Shown here in pieces: positions 1-9,510 of a stretch of DNA of 64,000 nt. The notes under the pieces were generated by a model. The model was given only the letters and a program-made list of their open reading frames with translations, ran no database searches and was not told the origin of the DNA. The translations under genes and the position numbers were made by a program. The stretch's first letter is position 1. Each line of letters opens with the position of its first letter. Source of the DNA: an uncultured Chloroflexia bacterium (GTDB taxonomy: Bacteria; Chloroflexota; Limnocylindria; Limnocylindrales; CSP1-4); contig CAVZLU010000006.1 of NCBI GenBank assembly GCA_963776355.1, forward strand, positions 946,575-1,010,574, in the 5' to 3' direction.

Positions 1-26
1 CGCAACGCCAGGAGGACACGCCCCAC

Positions 27-545
27 ATGCGCCGCGCTCGCTCCGCCGTCCTGCTCGCCATCGCCACGGTCGCCCTCGCGGCCTGCGCGGCCGAAGCTGC
101 GCCCCAGTGGACCTTCTCCCCGACGTCCTCGCCCAGCCCCGCGGCGTCGAGCGCCGCCAGTGCCGCTCCGTCCGGCGCGCAGTCCCCCGCCCCCTCCGGC
201 GCCCCGTCCGCGGCTCCCTCCGGCGCCGCGTCGGCCGCTCCGGGTGGATCCCCCGGCCAGTCGGTCACCCTCAAGATCAGCGCCCAGAACACGGCCTACG
301 ACGTGAGCGCGCTCGAGGCCCCGGCCAACACCCCGTTCACGATCGAGTTCACGAACAACGACGCCGGGATCCCCCACAACGTCGCCATCCACAAGGACTC
401 GCCCACGGGGGCCGAGGTGTTCAAGGGCGAGATCTTCAACGGCGTGGGCACCCGGACGTACCAGGTCCCAGCGATGCCGGCCGGCACCTACGGCTTCGTC
501 TGCAGCGTCCACCCCAACATGACCGGCACGCTCACGGTCAAGTAG
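27..545 (+). CDS. Cupredoxin (plastocyanin/azurin-like) lipoprotein
   Basis: Lipobox LAAC, Ser/Pro/Ala linker, and type-1 copper ligands in PHNV and FVCSVHPNM. Confidence 0.88.
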   Translation: MRRARSAVLLAIATVALAACAAEAAPQWTFSPTSSPSPAASSAASAAPSGAQSPAPSGAPSAAPSGAASAAPGGSPGQSVTLKISAQNTAYDVSALEAPANTPFTIEFTNNDAGIPHNVAIHKDSPTGAEVFKGEIFNGVGTRTYQVPAMPAGTYGFVCSVHPNMTGTLTVK

Positions 546-659
546 CCCGAGCCCGGCCCCACCATGGGCCGCGCCGCGTGTCCCGGTGGACCGACGGCCG
601 CCAGCAGGCGTGAGCCGCGCTCTCGTGCAGCCCGGTAAGCCTGAAGTACGCTGGGCGCG

Positions 660-1421
660 ATGAGCGACAACGTCTGCTACGTCGATGCGTATGCCCGCAG
701 CGTCGCGGCGGCTGTCAGGGCCGTCCAGGCCCCGGCGACGGAAGGCGCCGGCGCCCTGGTTCTCCTCGATCGCACGGTCTTCTATCCCGGCGGCGGTGGC
801 CAGCCGGCCGATCGCGGCGAGATCCGGGCGGCAGACGGCCGCACGTGGCAGGTCGTCGCCGCCCGTAAGGCGGGCGACGAGATCTGGCACGAGCTGGAGA
901 ACGGGGCCGAACCACCCCCGCCGGGGCCGGCGGTCTTCACCGCCGACCTCGACTGGGACCGACGGCTGCGCCTCATGCGCACGCACACGGCCCTCCACGC
1001 GCTCTGTGGCGTCGTCTGGCGCGACTACGGGGCGCTCGTCACCGGCGGCAACATGGAGCCTGGCGGCGGGCGGATGGACTTCGAGTTCGAGCGGATGTCG
1101 GGCGAGCTCGTGGGCTCCATCGAGGCGGCTGTCAACGAGGAGCTCCTGCGCGGCCGCGACGTGCGGGTGAACGTGCTGCCGCGCGACGAGGCGTTCGCGA
1201 TCCCGGACCTGATCCGGACGAAGGTGAACCTCCTGCCGCCGGGGATCACCCAGATCCGTACGATCGAGATCGTCGGCCTCGACCTCCAGGCCGATGGCGG
1301 GACGCACGTCGCCAACACGCGCGAGGTGGGCACGATCCGGGTCACCGGCTACGAGAGCAAGGGTCGCATCAACAAGCGGATCCGGATGGAGCTCATCGGC
1401 CCGGCTGCGGGGAACGCCTGA
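660..1421 (+). CDS. alaX: Free-standing alanyl-tRNA editing protein (AlaX family)
   Basis: TVFYPGGGGQPAD, HTALH zinc motif and DLQADGGTHV. TACGCT -10-like box at 647-652, 7 nt before the ATG. Confidence 0.9.
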   Translation: MSDNVCYVDAYARSVAAAVRAVQAPATEGAGALVLLDRTVFYPGGGGQPADRGEIRAADGRTWQVVAARKAGDEIWHELENGAEPPPPGPAVFTADLDWDRRLRLMRTHTALHALCGVVWRDYGALVTGGNMEPGGGRMDFEFERMSGELVGSIEAAVNEELLRGRDVRVNVLPRDEAFAIPDLIRTKVNLLPPGITQIRTIEIVGLDLQADGGTHVANTREVGTIRVTGYESKGRINKRIRMELIGPAAGNA

Positions 1422-1507
1422 GCCCGCGGGCTCACACCGATGCGCGGCGGCTGGAAGACCCCGAGGCCGGCGCGCCTGTGGGCCCGGGCGCTCGGCCGGT
1501 AACGCGC

Positions 1508-1536
1508 TTGCCGCGATGCCGGTCCCGGGCTACCAT
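1508..1536 (+). promoter_or_regulatory. Sigma70-type promoter candidate TTGCCG-N17-TACCAT
   Basis: TTGCCG at 1508-1513, 17-nt spacer, TACCAT at 1531-1536, upstream of the ferric-reductase-like locus. Confidence 0.5.
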
Positions 1537-1814
1537 GCGCACGCCCGCATGTGATAGGGCCGCAGCGCACCAGGCCGACGCACACGTCGCGATCTGCCCC
1601 AGCGGATCCACTGGCGCCCTGCGCCAACGCCGCCCGCCGTCCGGGGGCGACCCTCTGGCCAGCCCGCACGCATAGCCTGCCGAACGCGCCGGTTGTGCCG
1701 TCCGCGTGTCGTGCTGTGTCCTGGGTACCGATCCCGTTCGCCGGTCCGGCGCCCGCGCTGCCGGTTGGGGGGTCGTCGCGCCCCCGTGCCCGGCAATGGC
1801 AGGAGGGAGCGCCC

Positions 1815-2202
1815 ATGCCAGGCCAGATTGGGCAGGTCCGTGAGGCGGCACGGACCGGTGACCCGATGTCGTCCGCGCGCGATGCGGGGGCGACCGCCGC
1901 AACGTGGAGGCGTTGGGTCCTCCGCACCTTCTTCGCGACCCTGATCGCCTCGGCCGCCGCCCGGCTGCATCTCGGTCGTGACCCTACGGGGATGCGGGCG
2001 GGAGGTGCCCGCGACCTCGATTCGGCCGGGCGGAGCCGCAGGGCCGAGGCGGCGCCGCGTGCCCCCTCGGTCCCGGGCGTGCCGGGCGCACGCACGGACG
2101 ACCAGGCGGCTGAGCCGCCGGCGGGCGCCGGCGGACCGGGACTGGCTCCCCCGGCGGCGTCCCTTGCCCTGCCCGTTGGCGCCGACGGGGCGACGGGCTT
2201 GA
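1815..2202 (+). other. Possible small exported or membrane protein, reading frame uncertain
   Basis: Strong RBS AGGAGG at 1801-1806 before ATG 1815. Begins ...WRRWVLRTFFATLIASAAA, then becomes low-complexity. An indel near 1960 would give a lipobox-like SAAAGC. Confidence 0.3.
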
Positions 2203-2245
2203 TTCCCGACCACGGTCCCGACACCTGCCGCGCACGCTCTGGCTC

Positions 2246-3523
2246 GTGGCGTACGCCGTCGCCCTGGCAGGCCCGTTCGTGCTCATCGCGATCCAGGATC
2301 GGGCGGCGCCGCGACCGTTCCTCTTCGAGCTCGGGTCCGCCCTCGGGATCGCAGCCCTGAGCCTGCTGGCGCTCCAGCTCGTGCTTCCCGCCCGGCTCCC
2401 CGTGCTGGCGGCCATTGGGGCGGAGGTGGCCGTCCGCCTTCATCGGCGCCTCGCCGACATCATGCTGGCGGTGGTTGCGGCGCACGTCGCGGCCGTCATG
2501 GTCGCCGACCCGTCCCGGCTCCAGCTGCTCCGCTTCGTCGGCGAGCCCTGGCGAGCCCAGGCAGCGATCGGTTCGGTCGCGGCGCTGGCGGTCCTGATGG
2601 TGACGTCCATCGTGCGGCGGCGTCTTCGGCTGTCGTATGCGAGGTGGCGCGCCATCCACCTGCTCCTCGGCGCAACGGCGCTCGTGCTCGCGGTCGTGCA
2701 CACCGTCGGGGTGGGACGGTACCTGGTGTCGGGCTCGGCCGAGTGGGCGCTCATCGCGATCACGGCCGTCGGGCTCGGCGCCCTCGTCGTGATGCGGAGC
2801 CGGTGGCTGCGTGGGCGGTTCGTGCGCCCGTACCTCGTCGACCGCGTGATCACCGAGAGAGGTGGCGCGATCACGCTCGAGCTGCGCGCCGACGGGCACG
2901 GCGGGCAGCGCTTCATCCCGGGCCAGTTCGCCTGGCTGAAGCTGCCGCACCTGCGGGCAAGCCTGGCGGAGCACCCGTTCTCGTACTCATCGAGCGCCGA
3001 GAGACCGGATCGGCCGAGCTTCACCATCAAGACCCAGGCGGGGTTCAGCGCGCAGGCCGCCGGCTTCGAGCCCGGGACGCGCCTGCTCGTCGATGGACCC
3101 CATGGAGCGTTCCGGCCCCGCGCGACGTCCACGGGCTCACTGCTCATCGCCGGGGGAATCGGGATCACGCCCTCGATGAGCATCCTGCGCACCGCGGCGG
3201 ACCGCGGGGATCGGCGCCCCCACCTCCTGCTCTACGGAGCCCGATCGCTCGACGGAGTCACCTTTGCGGACGAGCTGGAGTCCCTGCGCGCCCGCATGAA
3301 CCTGGCGGTCGTCCTCGTCCTGTCCTCACCGCCGCCCGACTGGACGGGTGAACGGGGACGCATCAATGCCGGAGTCCTGGATCGCCATCTCCCTGCCGAC
3401 GTGCGCGGATGGGAGTTCATGGTCTGCGGCTCCGGTCCATTCGTTGACGGCGCCATCGAGGCGCTCGAGGCCATCGGCGTCCCCGGTGAACGGGTGCACG
3501 CCGAGCGATTCGTGGAGGTATGA
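2246..3523 (+). CDS. Ferric reductase-like membrane oxidoreductase with FAD- and NAD(P)-binding domains
   Basis: TM block with LHRRLA, VAAH, WRAIHL and LAVVH heme-b-type histidines; HPFS, VDGPHG, LIAGGIGITP and VCGSGPF FNR motifs. The frame stays open upstream, so the start may be earlier. Confidence 0.9.
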   Translation: MAYAVALAGPFVLIAIQDRAAPRPFLFELGSALGIAALSLLALQLVLPARLPVLAAIGAEVAVRLHRRLADIMLAVVAAHVAAVMVADPSRLQLLRFVGEPWRAQAAIGSVAALAVLMVTSIVRRRLRLSYARWRAIHLLLGATALVLAVVHTVGVGRYLVSGSAEWALIAITAVGLGALVVMRSRWLRGRFVRPYLVDRVITERGGAITLELRADGHGGQRFIPGQFAWLKLPHLRASLAEHPFSYSSSAERPDRPSFTIKTQAGFSAQAAGFEPGTRLLVDGPHGAFRPRATSTGSLLIAGGIGITPSMSILRTAADRGDRRPHLLLYGARSLDGVTFADELESLRARMNLAVVLVLSSPPPDWTGERGRINAGVLDRHLPADVRGWEFMVCGSGPFVDGAIEALEAIGVPGERVHAERFVEV

Positions 3524-3527
3524 CCTC

Positions 3528-3623
3528 ATGAAGTCCGACGAGACCCGCTGGATGGCCGCGGCCATCGAGCTGATCACCCTGTTCTCGGTGGTCGCGTTCG
3601 CGCTCGTGCGCTCGCTCCATTGA
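3528..3623 (+). CDS. Small 31-aa single-TM protein
   Basis: RBS GGAGG at 3514-3518, ATG at 3528: MKSDETRWMAAAIELITLFSVVAFALVRSLH. Confidence 0.5.
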   Translation: MKSDETRWMAAAIELITLFSVVAFALVRSLH

Positions 3624-3659
3624 CGCCTTGGCCGATGCGGCCACACGAGGTACCGATCC

Positions 3660-4343
3660 ATGACTCGCCTGCTCCCCCCTCGCCCCGCGCTCTCCCGCTG
3701 GCGTCGACGCGTCGGCGCGCTTCCCCACGGGCTCCCGACCGCCCTGACGTTCACGGTCAGCGTCGGCGCCCTCATCCTCGGCTCGTCGCTGGTCGTCGGG
3801 GCCGGGCTGCCACGTGCCGGATCGCCCGGCCCGGGATCCCGGGACCTGGCGCTGGAAACCCGGGCGAGTGCCCGGACATCGCGGCTCGTGCCGTCGACTG
3901 ATTCGGCTCGCCTCGCTCCGTCTCCGTCGCCTGCCTCGTCCGGGACGCCGGCGGCGGCCGCCGCCCGGACGACGCTGCAGCCGGGGTCGGCACCCGCCGG
4001 GGCTCCCCACCGCGCCAGCGCGACGGCGACCGCCGGCGGCTCGACGCTCGCGTCGACAAGTGTTCTCGGTGCCCCCGCGAGCGGGCAGGCCGGGCGCGAG
4101 GGCGATGGCCATGACGGGTCGTGGAGCGGTGACGGGCCTACGCCGTCGCCGACGCCGGATTCATCGCGTCTCGCTCGCGAGCCGTCGCCGACGCCCTCGC
4201 CGACGCACCACCGATGGCAGGCATCGCCGACGACGTCGCCCGAGCCGACCCCGACGGCAGACCCGACCAGCGAACCGGCACCCACCGGGGAGCCGGCACC
4301 GACCCCAACGCCTGAGCCCACCCCGACACCGGACCACGATTGA
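3660..4343 (+). CDS. Membrane-anchored Pro/Ser/Thr-rich hypothetical protein
   Basis: One N-terminal hydrophobic helix (LTFTVSVGALILGSSLVVG) followed by a PTP/EP-rich tail. Confidence 0.55.
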   Translation: MTRLLPPRPALSRWRRRVGALPHGLPTALTFTVSVGALILGSSLVVGAGLPRAGSPGPGSRDLALETRASARTSRLVPSTDSARLAPSPSPASSGTPAAAAARTTLQPGSAPAGAPHRASATATAGGSTLASTSVLGAPASGQAGREGDGHDGSWSGDGPTPSPTPDSSRLAREPSPTPSPTHHRWQASPTTSPEPTPTADPTSEPAPTGEPAPTPTPEPTPTPDHD

Positions 4344-4370
4344 GCGGTCAGGGGCCGGCCGTTCTGGGGC

Positions 4371-4916
4371 TCAGCGGTCTTCGCCGAGCTCCGCCCGGAT
4401 TGCCAGCCGGCCGCGCGAGATCCAGCTCGCCACCGTCCCCTCGGGGACGGCGAGCATGGCCGCGATCTCGCGATGGGTGTAGCCGTCGAGCACGCTGAGG
4501 AGCAGGGCGGCCCGCGCCCGGCGGTCCAGCCGGGAGATGGCCGCCCAGAGGTCCGGATCGGAGCGGTCCGTCCAGGGGGCGGGTTCGGCCCGGCCGACGA
4601 TCCCCAGCCAGCGGCGCCGTCGTCGCAGGTGGTTGAAGGCGAGCCGCAGGGCGATCGTGTAAAGCCAGGCCCGGACGTCGTGGCCGTCGAAGCGCGCCCA
4701 TGACCGGAACGCCCGCAGGTAGGCATCCTGGGCGACGTCCTCCGCGTCGTGCGCATCGCCGAGGACCACCGTCAACCGCCGCGTCAGCGGGGCGTAAAGG
4801 GGGCGGACGGCGGCCTCGAACGAGCCCGCATCGTCGCGGGTGCCGGCGGCGGCGCGCCGGTCCGCGGCGTCCCCGGTCGCGGCGGTCCCTGGCACCAGGT
4901 GTCCGGTCGTCTCCAC
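4371..4916 (-). CDS. ECF sigma-70 factor
   Basis: DAEDVAQDAYLRA and WLYTIA (region 2); YTHREIAAMLAVPEGTVASWISRGR (region 4). Confidence 0.92.
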   Translation of the reverse strand: METTGHLVPGTAATGDAADRRAAAGTRDDAGSFEAAVRPLYAPLTRRLTVVLGDAHDAEDVAQDAYLRAFRSWARFDGHDVRAWLYTIALRLAFNHLRRRRRWLGIVGRAEPAPWTDRSDPDLWAAISRLDRRARAALLLSVLDGYTHREIAAMLAVPEGTVASWISRGRLAIRAELGEDR

Positions 4917-4917
4917 G

Positions 4918-5409
4918 TCAGGGCATCGGCTGGTCGACGCAGGCGCCGCTGCCGGTCGCGCCGGCCCGCTGGTCCACGATCATGTAGAGCTTTCCGTCGC
5001 TGAGGATCGAGCCCGGGACCACGTAGCCGTGGTCGGGCGCGGTCGCCCGCTGCACGGACGTTCCCGTCTTCTGTCCGGCGAACCCCAATTCGACCTGCCA
5101 CACGACGTTGGTGAACCCGCGTCTCGCGAGATACGCGGCTGCCGCCGGTGGCGACATGCACTCGAGCCGCGCTCCCTCGAGCGGCTGGCCCGGGTTCTGA
5201 ACACCGGGGGTGCCCTGGGCCAGGCTGGCGACGACGGCCCCGCCGGCGGCGGCCGAGGCGGCGACGAGGAGGGCCAGGACAGCTCCGAGCGCGGTCGGCC
5301 GGGCGAGCCTGTCGCGACGCCCGTGACCGGGCAGCTCGGGCGGATCGTCGTGGGCCGGGGCGCGAGCCTCGAGGGCCGCCAGGCGGGATGCGATGTCGTC
5401 GCGGCTCAT
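4918..5409 (-). CDS. Single-TM protein, putative anti-sigma factor
   Basis: RBS GGAGG before ATG 5409; short cytoplasmic N-terminus, one TM and an extracytoplasmic domain with two Cys; directly adjacent to the ECF gene. Confidence 0.55.
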   Translation of the reverse strand: MSRDDIASRLAALEARAPAHDDPPELPGHGRRDRLARPTALGAVLALLVAASAAAGGAVVASLAQGTPGVQNPGQPLEGARLECMSPPAAAAYLARRGFTNVVWQVELGFAGQKTGTSVQRATAPDHGYVVPGSILSDGKLYMIVDQRAGATGSGACVDQPMP

Positions 5410-5525
5410 GGATGGTGCCTCCGGGGAGATGGTTGCCGATCCTGCGATCGACCGTGGCGTCATCCCCTACAACACCGCCGGGCCGGGGATCCATGCAGCG
5501 AGCGCGGCCGGCCGCACGAGCGGCC

Positions 5526-6692
5526 TCAGCCGGGGCCGGGGTACCAGCGGCCGCCGCGCATGACGCGGCGCACGGCGAGGTCGTCGTCGAGCTCCACGAT
5601 GTCGGCCCGGAGGCCGGCTGCGAGGCGGCCGCGGTCGCTCAGGCCCAGCAGGGCCAGCGGGTCGCGCGACGCCGCGGCCACGGCCCGCGGCAGGCCCGCG
5701 CCGCCCCGGGCCAGGTTCCGCACCGCCGAGTCAAGGGCGATCACGGATCCGGCCAGGCGCCCGTCCGCGGCCAGCACGCAGCGGTCGCCGTCGACCACGA
5801 CCTCGAGGCCCCCCAGCGTGCCCCGCCGCGCCGGCGTGTCGGCGATCGCGACGCAGTCGCTGACCAGGAGCAACCGATCCGCCGGCTTGGCGCGGAGGAT
5901 GAGCGGCCAGAGCTCCCGGCGCACGTGATGCCCGTCGGCGATGAGCTCGGCGTACGCCCCGTCCTCGAGGAGCGCCGCCGCGGCGAGGCCCGGGGCGTGG
6001 TGGTCAACCCCGGTCATGCCGTTGAACAGGTGGGTCGTGCCCCGGGCTCCCGCGTCGTAGCCCGAGCGACCCTCGGCCAGCGTGGCGGCGGAGTGGCCCA
6101 GGGAGACGGTCACGCCGCGCGTCGTGAGCCAGCCGATCAGGTCGAGGGCGCCGGGCACCTCCGGGGCGATCGTGATGAGGCGCAGGCCGTCGAGCAGCGG
6201 CTCCAGCTCGGCAGTCGAGACCTCCGCGGGCGCCAGGATGTGCGCCGGGTTCTGGGCCCCCCTCCACGCGGCCGCGATGAACGGACCCTCCAGGTTGAAG
6301 CCCAGCGGCCCCGCGCCGTCGTCGGGCGACACGGGCATCCAGCGTCGGACCCGGACGGCGAACGCCGCCAGCTCGTCGAGCGGGGCCGTGACCGCGGTCG
6401 GAAGGAATGACGTCACCCCGCGACGGAGGAGGGCGCGGGCCATCCCGTCCAGGGCGCCGTCGGGCCCCAACGCGTCGAAGCCGCCCCGGCCGTGAACGTG
6501 GACATCGACAAATCCCGGGGCGACGAAGGGCCCGCCGGCCCCGGCGGGATCCGACTCCACGGCCGTGATCAGGCCGTCCCTGACCGCGACCCGGCCGGGC
6601 TCGACGCGATCGTCGAGGATGAGCCGGCCGCGAACCACGATCGTGTCCTGAAGCGCGCCCCGGGACGCGGCCGGGTCGTCGCTGGCGCTCAT
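5526..6692 (-). CDS. nagA: N-acetylglucosamine-6-phosphate deacetylase
   Basis: PGFVDVHVHG, SFLPT, NLEGPF, LGHSAA, THLFNGM, IADGHH and VSD motifs. Confidence 0.93.
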   Translation of the reverse strand: MSASDDPAASRGALQDTIVVRGRLILDDRVEPGRVAVRDGLITAVESDPAGAGGPFVAPGFVDVHVHGRGGFDALGPDGALDGMARALLRRGVTSFLPTAVTAPLDELAAFAVRVRRWMPVSPDDGAGPLGFNLEGPFIAAAWRGAQNPAHILAPAEVSTAELEPLLDGLRLITIAPEVPGALDLIGWLTTRGVTVSLGHSAATLAEGRSGYDAGARGTTHLFNGMTGVDHHAPGLAAAALLEDGAYAELIADGHHVRRELWPLILRAKPADRLLLVSDCVAIADTPARRGTLGGLEVVVDGDRCVLAADGRLAGSVIALDSAVRNLARGGAGLPRAVAAASRDPLALLGLSDRGRLAAGLRADIVELDDDLAVRRVMRGGRWYPGPG

Positions 6693-6720
6693 CGGCCGCT
6701 CGCGCGGCGCAGGTCGCGAG

Positions 6721-7725
6721 TCACGGCACCCGGTTCCCTGCCGGGCTGCCGGCGGTCGCCGCGGAACCCGTCCCCGTCCGGCCTGCCTCCGCCGCCCGTT
6801 CCGCGCCGTGGACCGCCGCCCCGATCGCCCCGGCGAGCGCGCCCAGCTCGGCGGTGACGAGCGCGACCTCGTCGACCGGGGTCATCCTCACTCGCCGGGC
6901 GATCTCTGCCCGGATCGGGCCCAGCAACAGCTCACCCGCGGCGGCAACGCCGCCGCCGAGGACGATCCGGTCGGGCGAGATCACGGTGACCATGTTGGCG
7001 ATGCCGATCCCAAGGTAACGCCCCACGTCCGCAAGGCCGGCCCGGGCCCGCGCGTCGCCGGCCCGGGCGGCGTGCACGGCGTCCTCCACGGTCGCGGTCC
7101 CACAGGCGGCGGCGATCTGGTCGGCTCGCGCGTAGGCTTCCAGGCAGCCGCGATTGCCGCAGCCGCACCAGGGGCCGTCGGGGTCGATCGTCTGGTGGCC
7201 GATCTCGCCGGCCGTGCCGTCGTGACCCTGGTGGACGCGCCCGTCGATGGCGATGACGCCTCCGATGCCGGTGCCCAGGGTGAGCCCGACCATCGACGAG
7301 GCGCCGCGGCCGGCGCCGAGGCGCAGCTCGGCGAGCCCGAAGGCGCGCGCGTCGTTGACCAGGAAGACCGGCGCGCCGGCCGCCGCCTCCACCGGTCCCG
7401 CGACCGGATGCCCGGCCCAGGGGCCGGCAAGGTTGACCAGGAACCGCGTCGTGCCGGCGACGGGATCGTACAGGCCGGGGATCCCGATCCCGACGCTCGC
7501 CACGGGACCCCAGTCGGCGATGGTTGCCGCGGCCATCTCGGCCAGCTGCGCCGTCACGGTGGCCGGGACTCGCTCCGCCTCGGCCACGACGCGCGTCGGC
7601 ACCTGCCCGGTGGCGAGCGTCCTCCAGGTTCCCTGCGCGTGGTCGACCACTGCCCACTTGAGGTTCGTGGCGCCGAGGTCCAGGCCCAGGTGGCGGGTCC
7701 CCGGTCGGGCGACGGGCTCGCCCAC
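6721..7725 (-). CDS. ROK family sugar kinase
   Basis: LDLGAT, NDARA, GTGIGG, GEIGH...CGCGNRGCLE zinc motif and GAIGAA. Confidence 0.92.
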   Translation of the reverse strand: MGEPVARPGTRHLGLDLGATNLKWAVVDHAQGTWRTLATGQVPTRVVAEAERVPATVTAQLAEMAAATIADWGPVASVGIGIPGLYDPVAGTTRFLVNLAGPWAGHPVAGPVEAAAGAPVFLVNDARAFGLAELRLGAGRGASSMVGLTLGTGIGGVIAIDGRVHQGHDGTAGEIGHQTIDPDGPWCGCGNRGCLEAYARADQIAAACGTATVEDAVHAARAGDARARAGLADVGRYLGIGIANMVTVISPDRIVLGGGVAAAGELLLGPIRAEIARRVRMTPVDEVALVTAELGALAGAIGAAVHGAERAAEAGRTGTGSAATAGSPAGNRVP

Positions 7726-7728
7726 CGC

Positions 7729-8541
7729 TCAGGAGCCCCCGTCGCCCGCGGAGCTCGCCGGGGCGGTCGCGCCGGCGGCCGGGAACGTGGCTCCGCCCGC
7801 CTTCCGAAGTCGGAAGTCGTCGATGATCGTCCGGGTCGCGGTGGCACCACACCGGGTCACGCCGAGGGCCATGACCGCAACGAGCGCGTCCAGCGTGCGA
7901 ACGCCGCCCGCGGCCTTGACCTGGACGCGCGGGGACACGCTCCGCCGCATGAGGGCGAGGTCCTCGTGCGTGGCCCCGCCCGGCGCGAAGCCCGTCGACG
8001 TCTTCACGAAATCGGCCCCCGCGGCCTCGCTGAGATGGCATGCCCGGACCTTCTCGCCATCCGCCAGGTAGGCGTTCTCGAAGATCACCTTGACGATGGC
8101 GCCGGCGGCATGGGCGACCTCGACGACCGCCGCGATGTCGGCCTCCACGTCGGCGTCGCGGCCCGACCTGAGGGCCCCGACCTGGAGCACCATGTCGAGC
8201 TCGGTCGCCCCGTCGGCAAGGGCGCGGCGGGCCTCGAAGACCTTGGTCGCGGTGGCGTGGTTCCCGTGAGGGAATCCGACCGTGGTCCCGACCGCCACCT
8301 CGGTGCCTGCCAGGAACGCCCTGGCTCGCGCGACGTCGACCGGGCGGACGCAGACAGAGGCCACGTCGTACTCGGCCGCCAGCCGGCAGCCGTCCGCGAC
8401 GAAGGCGTCGTCGAGCTCCGGGCGCAGCAGCGAGTGGTCGATCGTCTTCGCGATGTCGCGCTCCGCCAGGCCCTCGAAGAAGGCGGCAAGGGCCTCCGGG
8501 GTGAGCTCGGCGGGCGCCAGCGGCGGCACGATGGCGGCCAT
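7729..8541 (-). CDS. deoC: Deoxyribose-phosphate aldolase
   Basis: IDHSLLRP, VGFPHG, ELDMV, KVIFE, FVKTSTGF and VKAAGGVR; ATG at 8541. Confidence 0.92.
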   Translation of the reverse strand: MAAIVPPLAPAELTPEALAAFFEGLAERDIAKTIDHSLLRPELDDAFVADGCRLAAEYDVASVCVRPVDVARARAFLAGTEVAVGTTVGFPHGNHATATKVFEARRALADGATELDMVLQVGALRSGRDADVEADIAAVVEVAHAAGAIVKVIFENAYLADGEKVRACHLSEAAGADFVKTSTGFAPGGATHEDLALMRRSVSPRVQVKAAGGVRTLDALVAVMALGVTRCGATATRTIIDDFRLRKAGGATFPAAGATAPASSAGDGGS

Positions 8542-8543
8542 CC

Positions 8544-9458
8544 TCAGCGGCAGTACGGCCGGAGGATGTCGCGGGCGATCAGGAACCCGCGCTTCACCAG
8601 CTCGTCGGTGCCCTCGAAGGTGCGGTCCTCGTGCTCGATGATGCAGTCGCCGGTATAGCCGGCGCGGTACAGGCCGGAGAACACGAGCCCCCAGTCCACG
8701 TCGCCCAGACCCGGGATCCGGGGCACCTGCCAGCCCATCCCGGCCGAGAGGATCCCGCGCTCGTAGAGGCCGTCGCGGTCGATCATGAGGTCCTTGGCCT
8801 GGAAGTGGAGGATGTGCGGCCCGAACTCGCGGATGAATCGCTGCGTGTCGATCATCTGCAGGATCAGGTGGGAGGGATCGAAGTTGAGCCCGATCGTGTC
8901 GCCCCATGCCTCCAGGATGCGGCGCCACTGGCGGGGCGTGGTCGCGAGGTTGTGCCCGCCCGGCCACTCGTCGTAGCTGAAGAGCATCGGGCAGTTCTCG
9001 ATCGTGATCTTCACGCCGTTGTCGCGGGCGAAGCGCACGATGTCCGGCCACACCTGGGTCGCCGTCTCCCAGTTCTGGTCCGGGTTCCTGGCCCCGTCGC
9101 CGCCCATGAACGTGTTGACCAGCGGGACCCCCATCATCCGGGCGGCGGTGATCACGTGCTCCAGGTGGCCGATCACCTGCGCCCGATGCGCCGGGTCCGG
9201 GTGCAGCGGGTTCGGGTAGAAGCCGAGCCCGGAGATCGACAGCCCCTTGGCGGCCAGCTCGGCGACGATCTCGCCGGCCTGTGTCTCGGACAGGTTGGCG
9301 ACGTCGATGTGGGACGTGCCGGCGTAGCGCCGGGTCGCGCCCGACGAGCGCGGCCAGCAGGCGATCTCGAGGACCTCGAAGCCGCTCCCGACCGCCCAGT
9401 CGGCGACCTCCATGAGGGGGGTCTCGGGAAACGGCGCGGTCAGGAATCCGAGCTTCAT
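8544..9458 (-). CDS. Sugar phosphate isomerase/epimerase (xylose-isomerase-like TIM barrel)
   Basis: MKLGFLT start, IENCPM, NFDPSH, HFQAKD, PGLGDVDW and IIEHED. Confidence 0.88.
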   Translation of the reverse strand: MKLGFLTAPFPETPLMEVADWAVGSGFEVLEIACWPRSSGATRRYAGTSHIDVANLSETQAGEIVAELAAKGLSISGLGFYPNPLHPDPAHRAQVIGHLEHVITAARMMGVPLVNTFMGGDGARNPDQNWETATQVWPDIVRFARDNGVKITIENCPMLFSYDEWPGGHNLATTPRQWRRILEAWGDTIGLNFDPSHLILQMIDTQRFIREFGPHILHFQAKDLMIDRDGLYERGILSAGMGWQVPRIPGLGDVDWGLVFSGLYRAGYTGDCIIEHEDRTFEGTDELVKRGFLIARDILRPYCR

Positions 9459-9510
9459 CACGGCGCTCCGTTCGGCTGGCTGGGGGGAGGTCGACGACCC
9501 ACGGAGAGGC

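Noticed and set aside
1419-1434. Palindrome TGAGCCCGCGGGCTCA after alaX as a terminator
   Set aside because: It has no loop and no U-tract; such GC palindromes are weak evidence on their own.
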